Shown here: positions 12,171 through 25,860 of the stretch, one piece after another
Numbering within the stretch: the stretch's first letter is position 1
Layout of the letters: each line of letters opens with the position of its first letter
DNA from: Octopus bimaculoides
Lineage: Eukaryota
Direction of reading: 5' to 3'
NCBI RefSeq assembly: GCF_001194135.2
Contig: NC_068998.1
Coordinates: forward strand, 34,183,741-34,247,740
Length of the DNA: 64,000 bases
Translations under genes and position numbers: made by a program
Notes under the pieces: model-generated
Databases searched by the model: none
Told to the model about the DNA's origin: nothing
The model's input: only the letters and a program-made list of their open reading frames with translations

Positions 12171-12944
12171 NNNNNNNNNNNNNNNNNNNNNNNNNNNNNN
12201 NNNNNNNNNNNNNNNNNNNNNNNNNNNNNNNNNNNNNNNNNNNNNNNNNNNNNNNNNNNNNNNNNNNNNNNNNNNNNNNNNNNNNNNNNNNNNNNNNNNN
12301 NNNNNNNNNNNNNNNNNNNNNNNNNNNNNNNNNNNNNNNNNNNNNNNNNNNNNNNNNNNNNNNNNNNNNNNNNNNNNNNNNNNNNNNNNNNNNNNNNNNN
12401 NNNNNNNNNNNNNNNNNNNNNNNNNNNNNNNNNNNNNNNNNNNNNNNNNNNNNNNNNNNNNNNNNNNNNNNNNNNNNNNNNNNNNNNNNNNNNNNNNNNN
12501 NNNNNNNNNNNNNNNNNNNNNNNNNNNNNNNNNNNNNNNNNNNNNNNNNNNNNNNNNNNNNNNNNNNNNNNNNNNNNNNNNNNNNNNNNNNNNNNNNNNN
12601 NNNNNNNNNNNNNNNNNNNNNNNNNNNNNNNNNNNNNNNNNNNNNNNNNNNNNNNNNNNNNNNNNNNNNNNNNNNNNNNNNNNNNNNNNNNNNNNNNNNN
12701 NNNNNNNNNNNNNNNNNNNNNNNNNNNNNNNNNNNNNNNNNNNNNNNNNNNNNNNNNNNNNNNNNNNNNNNNNNNNNNNNNNNNNNNNNNNNNNNNNNNN
12801 NNNNNNNNNNNNNNNNNNNNNNNNNNNNNNNNNNNNNNNNNNNNNNNNNNNNNNNNNNNNNNNNNNNNNNNNNNNNNNNNNNNNNNNNNNNNNNNNNNNN
12901 NNNNNNNNNNNNNNNNNNNNNNNNNNNNNNNNNNNNNNNNNNAG

Positions 12945-14196
12945 CAAGAGTGTAAGAGAGAGCAGAGGGGAGATGGTAGGGTATACTCACAAGTAACAAG
13001 AATATGAGTGTAGAACTTGGTTAGAAAAATAGGGTGGGTGTGTTGGGTGGGGGTGGGGGGCAGTGATACAGTGAGCATGGCAGTGAGGGCAAGAAAGGGT
13101 ATTGGGAAACAATCATAATGTATGAGGAGGAAATGTGAGGAAGAGAAAGATGCAATTAGAAGAGGAGTTGTAGTCTGATTTCTTAGGGTTAGAGTAGGTG
13201 AAAAGTATGTTGTTACAAGTGGGTGGGACACAACTCTTCTAGCACTCAGTTTCGTGGACAGGTCTTCCCTAGGACCTCATCTCACCAACAGTCTACTGTC
13301 ATTTCCTCCATGAGCTCCAACATCCTAAGATCAGTCTGCACCACTTCGTTCCATGTCTTCCTGGGTTACCTTCTTCTACGGGTACCATCTACTTTCAGTC
13401 GCAGGTACTTCTGTATATAGATACCTTCACTCATAAGTATCACATGTCCAACGCAGTCTCCTCTCATGCATGCCACATTTAATCCCTCTTATGCCTAACT
13501 TTTCTCTCAATACAGTTGTGCCTTGTCAGTCATGCACACATATGCTGCAAACCCAATGGAGTATACTACCTTCTTTCCTCTCCAGCCTACACATGTCCTC
13601 CACAATCAGAGCCCATGCCTCACTACCATGTAACATAGCTGTTCTCACACAAGCATCATACAACCTACCTTTCGATCTGAGAGTGAGAGAGTCCTTTTGC
13701 TACCAACAGAGGTATTAGTTCTCTGAACTTTCTCCACCCTATTCTTATTCTAGAAACAATATTTTCAGAGCATCCACCACCATTACTCATTTGGTTACCT
13801 AAATAGCAGAAACTATATTACTTCAAGAGAACCTGCTGGGTATTTGAGAGAGTTTAAGTCCCTTGTGCTCTTAGTAATTACTGTCTCTGCACATCAACCA
13901 CACATGAAAGCAACCTTATTTGATAACCTTCCTACAATTCCACTGCATCTCCTATGCATCCATAGGTTACACTTGGTGCAGCATATGGAATTCCATCCCA
14001 CTCCTTTCCTATATATTGAACAGGGCCATTTGCCAGCCAAAATAAGAGTCTTACCTCCTTTCTCACTAACAACAACTTTAATCTTAGCTAAGTTAACTTT
14101 AAGGCCCTTTGATTCCAGGTTTTGCCTCCAAACCCGGAACTTCTCCAATTCTGCTTCACGGAATTTTGTCAGTGAACAGGTCACGGTCTCAAAGCA
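12945..14196 (-). mobile_element. RTE LINE 3' part (RT C-terminus with PHD-like finger, polypyrimidine 3' UTR)
   Basis: Minus strand: ELEKFRVWRQNLESKGLKVNLAKIKV...WPCSIYRKGVGWNSICCTKCNLWMHRRCSG..., later KTWNEVVQTDLRML; the UTR is C/T-rich on the element strand. Confidence 0.88.
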
Positions 14197-14344
14197 ACGA
14201 AAATATTTTGGCAAATTAAATTTAAATGTTGAAGTGAATCTAACGGTTTTTGTGTGTTTCTTAAATGGCTTATAAACACCTTTCATGCTGCAATTGTTTA
14301 TATATATATATATATATATATATAAGATGGTCATTTTTCTTCTA

Positions 14345-14840
14345 GTGCTGACTTAAGCCACTCAAGCTGCTCGCAGTAGATCTCCTTTGTTATCATTTGG
14401 TTTGTGTTTAAAAGTTGAAAGTGGACTAAACCTTTCATATCCCACAAAACAGATAACATCTCTGGGGTGCTGGTGTTTCTCCTTTCCCTGCCAACAGTAT
14501 TCGGTGCTTGACATTTTTATAGAGAACCCATTTCTCGTCACTAGTCACAATTCAATCCAAAAAAGGTTCATTTGTGAGACGTGACATCAAAGAAGCGCAC
14601 ACATTAAACTCGGAAAGTTTGTGAGGAACCCATTGACCCAATTTACTGACTTTTCCGATGGCATGCAGGTGTTGATGAATGGTTTAATGACCAAATCCAA
14701 GCTTCTCTGCTAAGTTCCTCAACAAGTTACGATGAGATTTTGTTCCACCAGAGTTTACAGGTTGTCCTCATTGTGCTCTACAGATCTTCCAGAATGATGC
14801 TTATCTTCTAGGCTGTAGTTTCCAGCTCAGAATTTCTGGC
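14345..14840 (-). pseudogene. mariner (DD34D-type) transposase fragment
   Basis: Minus strand across frameshifts: ELAEKLGFGH...HLHAIGKVSKLGQWVPHKLSE and NEPFLD*IVTSDEKWVLYKNV; WVPH and first catalytic D motif present. Confidence 0.85.
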
Positions 14841-15015
14841 ACTACCATTGACATTAGCTTACAATTATTGTCCAATCCCCATATTGACTTATCCCCATAT
14901 AATATTCCTCACATTTTTTGTTTCATTGTTGCCTTTATTGAACTCATAAAGCATAATATGCCAAATATGCTCCATTGTATGCTCCATTATATACTCCATT
15001 CCTTAACTCTTGTAT

Positions 15016-15078
<63 letters not shown>

Positions 15079-15829
15079 TAGGCTTTATTTATATATTGTA
15101 TAAAAACAAACATCTGTTCTAGATATAGAACACTCTTTACATCAGACAAAATATTATGATATGAAATGAATCACATTCTCAAAAACTACACACACACACA
15201 CACACACACACACAATATGGTCTTGTGCCCAGTTTTCATCAAACAAATTTCATAAATATAAACAGTTATAGTACATATTTCCTTTGCAACCTAAATAGCT
15301 GTACCACTCTATACAAATTCTAACATTGTTGCCTTTATTAATAATCTTTTGGTAAACTTTGTAGCCAAAAACTATATCGCTGACTGTACACTTTTACACA
15401 TTCCTCAGGATTTACAAAAAGAATTAGTTAAATTTTTGATATGACCTTTAATAAGGTCCTCTATAGGCTCATACTAATACCTTATTTCCAATATCAGTTT
15501 TTATATTTAGAGTATAGACCTAACGATGCAATGTTTAATGGTTTAGTTTTGTTATTTGAAGTATCATTATTGTTGTAACTGTAATCTTTGTAATCGTCAT
15601 CATCCTCCAGTCATCACTAATATTGCTTCTGCCAACACAGCACTTAACAATATATGTGTCTGATGTATTATGTGTATGCATAATTTATTTAGGAAATCCT
15701 GTTAACATATTGGGTTAATAAGAACTTCATCATAATTAACTTCAAACTAAATGTCAATTATTGTACTTGTGAATGACAACAACAGTGTAATCCTTGTGAT
15801 GTGTCACCAAAACTACAGAGGAAGTGCAT

Positions 15830-15836
15830 TCATCAA

Positions 15837-15877
<41 letters not shown>

Positions 15878-16100
15878 CCAGCATTATTATCCTTTAACGT
15901 CCGCTGGATAGTTTGACGAGAGGTAACAAGCTGGGAAGTTGCGTCAAGTTGCAGTCTGATTTCGTTTGGTCTCCATAGCTGGATGCCCTTCCTGATGCCA
16001 ACCACTTCACAGTGTCAGCTTGGTGCTTTTAATATGCCATTGGCATGAGCACTTTTATGTGGCACTGGCACAAGTGCTTACTCTGTGCCACTGGCATGTA
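15830..16100 (-). mobile_element. RTE 3' terminal fragment with (GAT)n tail
   Basis: (CAT)n at 15830-15878, then ctttaacgtccgc...catagctggatgcccttcctgatgccaaccac, the reverse complement of the terminal module. Confidence 0.8.
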
Positions 16101-16117
16101 TTAGTTGTTGATATCTG

Positions 16118-16225
16118 GTTCAAAGACACAGATGGAATTCCAAATTACCCAGTTTATTAACAAAGTTCAAAGACACAGATGGAATTGCAAATTACCCAGT
16201 TTATTAACAAAGTTCATAGATACAC
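16118..16225 (+). repeat. 47-bp tandem duplication (2.3 copies)
   Basis: gttcaaagacacagatggaatt(c/g)caaattacccagtttattaacaaa starts at 16118 and 16165, partial third copy at 16212. Confidence 0.95.
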
Positions 16226-16512
16226 TCATATTTATTTTAAACTGTAAAATTCATTATGTGTGTAATTACACACAGCATAATGAATATATAACTTGATTGT
16301 TCTGTTATAAAAATGTTTCCTTATCATTTTGCAAGGCTTCAGCACTCTCAAAGCAGGAATTCCTCCCTGGACATTTAAAAAGACAAAGGAAGACCAAAGT
16401 TTAACAAATGTGGCATAAGTTTAGTAGTCTAATGGAGAAATTCATTATTTACTACAGCATTGCAACCCCTACCCTTTTTATGCTTCTTATTTTATATTTG
16501 ATGCACACATAT

Positions 16513-16561
<49 letters not shown>

Positions 16562-16600
16562 CACACACACACACATGTTTATATGCAGTATTTACATATA

Positions 16601-17060
16601 GGTGTGGCTGTGCGGTAAGTAACTTGCTTTCCAACCACATGATTGCAGGTTCAGTCCCATTGCATGACACCTNNNNNNNNNNNNNNNNNNNNNNNNNNNN
16701 NNNNNNNNNNNNNNNNNNNNNNNNNNNNNNNNNNNNNNNNNNNNNNNNNNNNNNNNNNNNNNNNNNNNNNNNNNNNNNNNNNNNNNNNNNNNNNNNNNNN
16801 NNNNNNNNNNNNNNNNNNNNNNNNNNNNNNNNNNACATATATGTTTGTGTGTCTGTGTTTGCATCCCCCCTCCACCAAATTGCTTGACAGCCGATGTTGG
16901 TGTGTTTACATCCCTGTAACTTACCAGTTCGGCTAAAGAGACCGATAGAAAAAGTACTAGGCTTACAAAGAATAAGTCCTGGGGTTGATTTGTTTTACTA
17001 AAGGTGGTGCTCCAGCATGGTCGCAGTCAAATGACTGAAACGAATAAAAGAAAAAAAAGA
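16601..17060 (+). mobile_element. tRNA-derived SINE family B with internal gap/microsatellite
   Basis: A-box-like tggctgtgcggtaag, B-box-like ggttcagtccc, body ttgcttgacagccgatgttggtgtg..., 3' end gaataaaagaaaaaaaaga; homologous to 53785-54472. Confidence 0.8.
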
Positions 17061-17063
17061 TTT

Positions 17064-17270
17064 GTGAAGGCATGTGACTTAATGGTTAGAGTATTTTGCT
17101 CATGATCACAAGGCCATGAGTTTGATTCCTGGCAGCATATTGTGTCCTTGAGCAAGACATTTATTTCCTATTGTTCCAGTCCATTCAGCTGGCAAAAATG
17201 AAGAGTACTTGTATTTCAAAGGGCCAGCTTTGTCACATTTTGTGCCATGCTGAATCTTCCTGAGAGACAC
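17064..17270 (+). mobile_element. tRNA-derived SINE family C (older copy, different 3' tail)
   Basis: Head and middle (tgtgtccttgagcaagacatttatttcc..ccagtccattcagctggcaaaaatga) match the young copy at 54123-54386; the downstream tail does not. Confidence 0.75.
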
Positions 17271-17932
17271 ATATATTCAAATTGCCTTTTATGTGCAGGT
17301 GATGTGCCTACATTAACTAGTTCTCTTGCAGCTATGGTTCTGTTTTATTCTTTATTACTGACTTACTAAGATTATATTAAAAGTGTAGCACTAGAAGAGA
17401 AGCACATTCATAGAACATCAGAAGTTACAAAATACCTACATTGTTGATATTTATATTGAATCTCTGCGACAAGGAAGTCAGTTAAGCATCTCTAGAGAAC
17501 ATATGCATTTTGCAAATAAAGTTGTTTCTTCAAGTGACAGATACATATTCAACTGCAACAATGCTAAAAGCATGCATCAGAAGTGGAGACCAACAATAAT
17601 GGTACATCAACTCTGTTGATATAATGATGTAATAATCATATTGATGTAACAGTGTAGTGATATAGTGTAATGATTGCAATATCATTAATTATTAAATGAT
17701 GAGGTAAAGTTAAATAATTTTTTTCTTCTTGTCTATTCACCAACAGATGATAAATTACATCCACAAAATCATGTGTAATTGTACAAATCTAAAGCAGAAC
17801 AATTATGTTTTAGTGGTCTAAACCCATGACATTTCAGGGTTCCACTAGATATCATTATTATTACGGGTCATTTTTACTGCACCACAAGATGCACCTCTGT
17901 GTCCTTGAGGTAACACACTACCAGGAGATGTA

Positions 17933-18149
17933 CAAGGGGGTACTGAAGAGTTCCTGGATTTGGGTAAAAGAAAATACAGGAGGATCAGTTAATTATGGTT
18001 TTATTCTACATATTCCCCTCTTAGATTCACACACTTATTGCAGTGGTCCTTCAGTTTTCCCAAGTCTTGTAAATGAACTCAGAAGGTTGAGTCTCCAGCC
18101 AGGCCTTTTGCGATACCCTTAAAGCCAGGAACTTTTCAGCACCCCCTCT
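17933..18149. mobile_element. mariner-type MITE, 217 bp, TA target duplication
   Basis: Left end caagggggtactgaagagttcctggattt versus reverse complement of right end agagggggtgctgaaaagttcctggcttt (24/29 identical); TA at 17931-17932 and 18150-18151. Confidence 0.88.
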
Positions 18150-19205
18150 TAGAATTGGGTTTATAAATTACATCAATTTGTTTTATTGTCGAGGTGTGTT
18201 GTAGTTTCTGGTGTGGTTCAATTGCTTCATCTGTTGTGTAGAGTATGTGCAATGTGGGTTGTGTTATTTAGTTAATATGTAGCTTGTGCTATAGTACTAA
18301 GTGACTGGTGGTTAGATTGCTTTGTATGAATTGTTGTTGGTGATGGTTTGTTGTGTTTACTTTATATGATAGTAACTGTATAGAGTATGTCTTGTGAGGA
18401 TTGCATTATGTTATTTGGTGATGATTTTACAATATAATTAATGTTTATTTTACAGAATGGTGATTATGCAGAGTGTGTGTTGTATGGCTGTTTTATATTG
18501 TTTGGTAATGATTTCAGTGTGTGTGTTGTGTAGCTTGTGTTTATTTTACTGGATGGGGACTGTATAGAATATGTGTTACATACAGAGACTGTACTGTTTT
18601 CATTGCACTATTGAATAAAAAATATGTGTTAGATATGGGTTGTGTTTAGCTGGACTATTTTGGGGGATTGTATGTGAAACTGGAAGTCCTAGTATAAATT
18701 CTGTGTTTTGTTTCATGACTTTTAACATACCACCATCACCACCAACATTCACCCTCCTCCTCCTCCTCTTCCTCGTCATCATCAGCATCATCGTCATCAT
18801 CATCAACATCATCATTATTCTATGTTGTCACAATTCTATGTGCTAGACATATGTATTATTAAACTGCTTTTACATGTTAACTGCAATAACAGTAGCATCT
18901 TTACTCCAGGCGATTGAAACAAAATTAATTAAAACTTCCCATTTATTACATTTGCCAACATGTCGCTGTCTGATGTTAACTTTCCTGTTGTTCTTTGGTG
19001 TTAATTTTGAAGACAAGATAAAAGTTTCAAACAGACTACACAATATATACATTGTGTATTCAATAAATATGTTGTCATCTTTTTCCTCATCTTTTATCAT
19101 TTCCTTTAAAGTTTGTATACTTACATATGCATAAACTAATGTATCTGTACACTTATAAATACACATATATTTTGTTCTGGCATGTGTATACACACGCATG
19201 TGCAC

Positions 19206-19289
<84 letters not shown>

Positions 19290-20269
19290 ACATTTCTGTT
19301 TGTTCTTAAAAACAATCAACACAGATACAAAGTAAAGTACTATTTCAGGAAGGAGAATTTGTTACATTCTTTATTGAGCGAATGGTTTATAGAATTAATG
19401 CTGTTTTCATTTGAAGTGAATTTGATCCCAACTACAGTAATTAACCAAATAATCTAGGCTCATGTTCTAATTCCTTGGGATAAGAAAAGATATGTAGTTG
19501 CATTAATGTCTTATTAGATATAAAATTGTGAGAAAGACTAGTTGGTATAGAGTAGCCTACCATAACATTATTGTAAAGGTAATAAAATACAATGTTATCC
19601 AAGATGAACAAAGGTTTTGAATAATGGTAATGTTTGTTTAGATCTAACTCATGACACTAAGACAAACTCACACACACACACACACGCATAAATAAATATC
19701 TATATATATCTATACATCTATATATCTATATATATATATATATATACATTAAAAAAGGAAAAGAATGGTAGTTCTAATCTGTTTAATTTAATATTTAAAA
19801 ATTTTTTAATAATATAAATTTTACTTCATAGATCTAGTAAGTTCTTTGTCAACTTGGGTGTGGAGAATTTTTTGAAAAAACTTTCTTGTTAACCTTTTTG
19901 GAGAACTGTCTTTCATTCCTTGTCAAACAGATCTGAGAATTTCAGGTTTTGTGATTCTATATATGGGAATTGGGTGTGTTTGGGGTGGTGTTAGGGTTTG
20001 TTAATCAGAGTAGGAGTTGCTGAAAAATAGCTGAAAGAAAGTAGTAGATGGTCAAAACAAGATACTTGATTGGGGGTAGAGTTGGGAAGTGGGGGTGTTA
20101 AAGAAGTGTCTGTGAAGCCATTTGAATAATTGACCTTTCATCAGAAATCTAATGACCAGATGTTTTTCCAAATTATTTCTTTTAGTCATTTTCTATGTTT
20201 TAGTTGTGTGTATGAGGTGGGGGCATTTGCTTCTATTAACAGCACCCATATCTCCCCAAATAACGACTT

Positions 20270-20410
20270 ATTGCTTTAAATGAAGGAGAAGACATTAAAT
20301 AGTGTGATCCTGGATGTACTGTGTCTGATTACATGAGGGGATGGGCATGACTGAAACACCATTTGTCATAAATCTATTCAACCAGAGATGACCTAGGTTA
20401 AACAACAAAA
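20270..20410 (+). mobile_element. 3' part of a short interspersed repeat (family D) ending in (CAA)n
   Basis: Homologous in opposite orientation to 57090-57165 (agattta(t/a)ga..caaa..gtcatgcccat). Confidence 0.45.
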
Positions 20411-21437
20411 ATGATAGTTCTGTTGCTTCTCAAAGTTCTAAAGTGATCCTGCCATATGGTACATCTTTTTGGCTGAATGTCAAGGCTACCTGAGAATTAG
20501 TGCCGTGCCAGTTTCAGGATACAAACTAGCAAACACTTGTCTGCCATCCTTTACTTTCAAGTCTATTTCCTCACTATTCAAATATTTTCTATGGAGGTAT
20601 TATGTTGATGACTGGTGAAATTTTAAGGTTTATTTATTTTTTATTTGTTGTCTTTGCCTGAAACTAGTCGACTGTGAGTTGGAAGTGATGCTTGTTCTAT
20701 GTAAGGCAGACTGTAACACATTGGTTAATGTATTTTACAAGAAACACAATACAATTTTGCTATTAAAGTTTGAACTTAAGATCACAGGAACAATGGTTTG
20801 TTCAAAGCATTAGACCATCAATTCAGCTACTTGAACATTCTTTTCCAATGTCCTGTACTAACAATACTTGTTTGTTGTATAAGAAAGAGTGGTACATATA
20901 CTTTCAACAAAAGTATATTGATTAATTGTGCATAAGGAACAGGGTATTTTAGCCATGTAGAATAATTAAAGAGCTAAATTCTCAAGAGAGTGATTGGCTC
21001 TAACAACCAATATATCAAGATTTCATTTTAGTAAGAGTTAACATCAGTTTTGATATATTTTAGACTACCTGATCTTTAGTTAGATTGTATAAACTCTATA
21101 AAAGCCAGCAGGCTTCTGCCAGTGAGCTAAGTTTCCCAATAAGAATGTAACCACTATTAAATAATCTATCACTCAGCAAATTTTAATTAATCAGTTCTAA
21201 GAAAACATTTAGGATTAATTTTAAATAATTATGTACTTAAAATCCATTTTGTTTTTAAATTACTAGATTCCTTTTTATCATAGAACCCAGATTCAAATAT
21301 TTTCCTGTACAAAAGACATAGAGTGAAATTGAACCCAATTAACCTTGAGTGCAAATAGATAAATAACATCAGTATCTGAGCTATACATCTAGAACACATA
21401 GAAATGCACATTTTAATAAAAAAAAGTTTAGAATAAT

Positions 21438-21540
21438 TACTAGGCTTACAAAGAATAAGTCCTCAGGCCGATTTGTTTGACTAAATGTGGTGCTCTAACA
21501 TGGCCACAGTCAAATTATTGAAACTAGTAAAAGAATAAAA
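21438..21540 (+). mobile_element. SINE family B 3' fragment
   Basis: actaggcttacaaagaataagtcct...tttgtttgactaaa..gtggtgctc matches 16956-17050. Confidence 0.8.
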
Positions 21541-24500
21541 CCTGGAAAGACTACTAAATAGAAACACCTAAAATCTGAGGATATTATCTTGAATTAGCAT
21601 CTGAGAAACATAGTACTAATGTTGCATCACTACTATCATCAGCTGATTGAGAAACACACTTTATTGTTTAAGACACATCAGTATCCCTTCAGATTTAAAT
21701 TGGCTTCAAGTCATTTTCGTGATATATTCAATCAAATTCACATTAATATCCATCAGAAACTTATAAAATTTGCAATACTTCCTCAGTTGAAGATAATTTG
21801 AACTTTTGACTAATCCTCTTCAGAACATTCAAAATGCTCAAAACATCTTTCCACATGGCATTATATGTGGGAAAACATTTATAACTAGCTTAATTCTATA
21901 TTTTCAACCTACATTTATTCTAATTAGACAATCTGTTTATAGTTTCAGCCAAATTTTAATGTGAGGTTTGCCAGTTCCCACTATATTGGGAATTCAGTTC
22001 AACATCAAGTCTGAAATTTTTGCTAAATCCAGAAATATGGCCCTAGTGGTTTAGCAATATTATATTTTTATACTTACAAGAAATAACCCAGCCAAAAATC
22101 TGGTACAACCCAACTTTTTAAACTAATTAGTGTTCAATTAGTGTCCAACATCATAAGAAATCTTTCTTGTATCCATTTTGCTACGCTAACATGATGAGAT
22201 GATCATTACAAGTTTGAATATTTCTTTCTAAACTGTTGCAGTAAATAGTTTTATGGTTGGCTGTCAACTCCATTATGAATCAAATCTACAAAATAAGGAA
22301 AGTATTAGGCTTAACCAAAGGAAGAAAAATGTTAATAACAAAACAATAAATATCGCTAAGAACTCTGAGAAAATAATAGGAACTAGGGCTTATATGCACC
22401 TGACTGTTTAGACTGCTGAAATATGGATGTTTTCTAAAATATGATGCCAACCTAACACAGACAACAGAGCACACAGTGCTTCTTCTAATCCCAACAAATA
22501 TTTACTAAGCAAGAGTTTGAAGTGCCTGCAGTGAATTTAAACTGAATGCCTCAGGGCTGCTAACACAATGACTTCTCGATCAACTTAGCATGTTCTCCTT
22601 TTCTAATAGATATAGAAATGTTTGATCTTCATCATATTGCATTGAGTCTATACTCCAATACAAATGGATGTGTGTTTAAGAAGTTCACTTGGCAACTACA
22701 ATGGTTGAGTGTCTAAAATTTTGTCGACAGAAATTTATGTTGCTGCTCTTCAGAGAAATCACTCCTGTTCTTGATGATAAATTTAATATGTTGCCCTGTT
22801 TAATACCATCACCTAGCATTGGATTCATTTAGCAGTCTATTCTGTCTCTTGCATTTGAGCCAGGTCAATAGTTTAAATACAGCTTCACTGTCTGCTACTA
22901 GTTATAAGGATAATAAAATTGGTTATAGGAGCTGCTCTTTCTTGTCTCACTGTCATTAAAAAAAAAAAAATTAGAAAATAATTGAATCTCTTCACATAAG
23001 AATATGTAAAGTTTTCAGAATACACCATCTCTGCTTCATTGGATAAGAAAACAATCAAGACTCAAAAGTAAAAGTTTCTCACATTATGACCAATGAGAGT
23101 TTGTAAGTAAAGTATCTACTGATTTTACTGGAAAATGTTTTTCAGTTGTTTTCTATTACCCTATCCAGGTATAGGAGAAATCTAAGATTATTCCAAGAGA
23201 TTTGCCACTTATTCCTGACAATTAGATGAACAGAAATATATAAAAAGTATCTTTCTGAAAAAATATAACAGAATGCCTCCATAAGAGTTGAACTTATAGT
23301 AATGTGCTAGTTGCACCAATGCTCTCACCTCACAGTCTGCTGTGATTTTCTCGATGCTAATGAAAATCTAAAATTTCCAAATAATTCTAATCCATGTTTG
23401 AAGAGATAAATAGATAAAACACAGAAAAGAAATCCAAATAAAAATGGAATCTGCCATGCCAGTATGAAAAATGGGATAATAATTGATATTTATGCATTTA
23501 GCCAAATATCAAAAAACTATGTGCAAGTACTTCAGAACCCATCATGCTATTTCAATAGCAAAGCTCTAGTCAGGGTCCATTTGTGATTGAGTTAATCAAA
23601 TTTGCCAATGCTATATGGATGAGAAGACACAATAATATTATAGCCTTATCCTTTTCCGGGTGAATCATAACTTCACAAAAGGCAAGGGTTTGAACAAACA
23701 TGGAAATTTGTAGTTATCAGTTGGATGCATTCTATCAATTATCCTATAAGTTTTATTTTATATTTAAATTTCGTTTGGACATATTGAATAGTTTCATTAA
23801 ACGAGAAGATATAATCCACCGCTTTCTTTTGATTCAAAGAACTATTCCTATTCAACATCCGTTTTCCCATATTTCTGTGACTGAATTGTGGATTCTTGCA
23901 ACAAAGAAGGGGAAAAAACTATTACTAAAACATGATTACATTAATGGTTTAGATTATTTTTACTGATATTTGATTCAATGAGGCATTAATTATAATTGAA
24001 CCAAAAATAAGCCCTCCCAAATAAATGACAATTTTGATAACTTACAATATTCATTTAGAAAAGGATGTCAAGCAATATACCAGGAAAGTAATAGATCTCA
24101 GTATATTGCCATATATCATTATAGTTCATCTGCATGATGGAAGTGAAATATTATACCTGTAAGAGTGCAACTGGAGTACAAGCCTTAGCACCACATACAT
24201 TATACAATCATTGTTTTTTACACCTATGCAATGCACAAGAATTTTCTTACCCCTGTTTTCATGGCTACATAACAGTATTTACTATTTCATAGTCAAGAGT
24301 TCAAAAAGTGGAAGCTTACATCTGTGAAAACACTTCCTTTATAACACATCAATGTTCAGGTTTTTTAAGCCATTCATTTTACTCCAATAAAGAAAAAAAT
24401 AACATATATCAGTTGAAACAATTTGATGGAACTTGACTATAGAATGTAAGTGAACTCCCAGTGAACTAAATCACTCCAATGTTAATCATCTCAACTTTGA

Positions 24501-24839
24501 TTTCTTTCTCTCCCACAGGTCAGAAAGTCAATCACACATTGAGAGCTACAAAACATAATTGGCAACCAGCTCTATTTTTCATATCTGAATATGATAAATA
24601 CAATATTGATTAATTAAACTCCATTCAAATAATTATTTTAATGAAATAATTTTCAAAATCTGCTTTGTCAAGATTTTGTATAAACATTAATCTCTCTGTT
24701 GAACCAAAACTGGGACTTTTTAACCATTTCTGATAGAACTGTTTCGTATCTTCTGTTGCTGTTCCAGTGAGTTAGGCCATATTCAGCAGCCTAAATTGGG
24801 ATAGACACAGTCATGCTGTCTTTTGCAAGAAGATTAATT

Positions 24840-25860
24840 AAATGTCTAATCTTTCAGATGAATTGTTGCAACTAAGATTGAGAGTGTATGTTGTTTAGAT
24901 ATGTATTTATCATCAGATGCTGCATTATTTGTTAGAAAGAATACAATTAGAGAACATACGGGTAATACAATTAGAGAACTATGGGCACATAAGCAGTACA
25001 GTGGAATCACATATAGTTTAACACTGAAAGTCGTCTTTGTATGTGGCAGATACACAGAAAAAATAAGTGCTAAGAACACATAGAAAGTAGACACTCTGAA
25101 ATGCCAAGGAGGTTCTCTTGTAGTTGTAGATAGTTTCTGTTACCTAGGTGAGTGGTGGAGGATGTTCTGAAAGTATTGTTGCTAGAGGTAGAATAAGATA
25201 GAGGAAATTCAAAGAACTATTACCTCAGTAGGTAACAAAAGGACTCTCGCACAGTGAAAGGCAGATTGTATGATATTTGTGTATCATAGTAGTGAGGTAT
25301 GGGCTCTGAATGCAGAAGACATGCATATGATAGAGAGGAATGAAGTTAGTATGCTCTTTGCAACATCAGGATGCATATATGACAAAGTGCAAATGTGTTG
25401 AAGGAAAAAATTGACATAAGAGGAATCAGATCTGGAGAGGACTTACCCATCTCAGCGAAACTGAATTCTGGGAGCACTGTGTCAACCACCAACATGTAAC
25501 ATTAAGTTTGCGCACACCCTACTCCAATAAGCCACACAACATCTCCTCTTCTCCCATCCTCCTTTCTTCTTCTTCTCTTCATAACACTTCCTCTTTTCTA
25601 TATATTATATTTATCTCTCCCTCCTCACTCCTGCATACCCTCTATATACCCAGACTTCACCTGGCACTCCATACCCTTAGCTTCCTCTCCTTTTTCATTC
25701 ACATGAACTCCTTTCTTATGCACCTTTCACAATGCTCTACCATTCCACTTATTTTCTCATCCCAGTAACTTGAGTGTCCTGGCACACCATCACCTTCTCT
25801 CTTTCTCCCTCGCACCTTTCCTCTCTCTCTCACCCTTGCCTCTCAAATGCCTTCTAGCAC
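24840..25860 (+). mobile_element. Degenerate RTE LINE 3' part with polypyrimidine UTR
   Basis: gtctttgtatgtggcagat, gtagttgtagatagtttctgttacctaggtga, aaattcaaagaactattacc and gtgaaaggcagattgtatgat align to 430-690; C/T-rich tract 25500-25860. Confidence 0.75.

Noticed and set aside
24519-24615. Strong acceptor-like site tttctttctctcccacag|G followed by a short open frame
   Set aside because: All frames stop within ~100 nt, with no donor or homology support.
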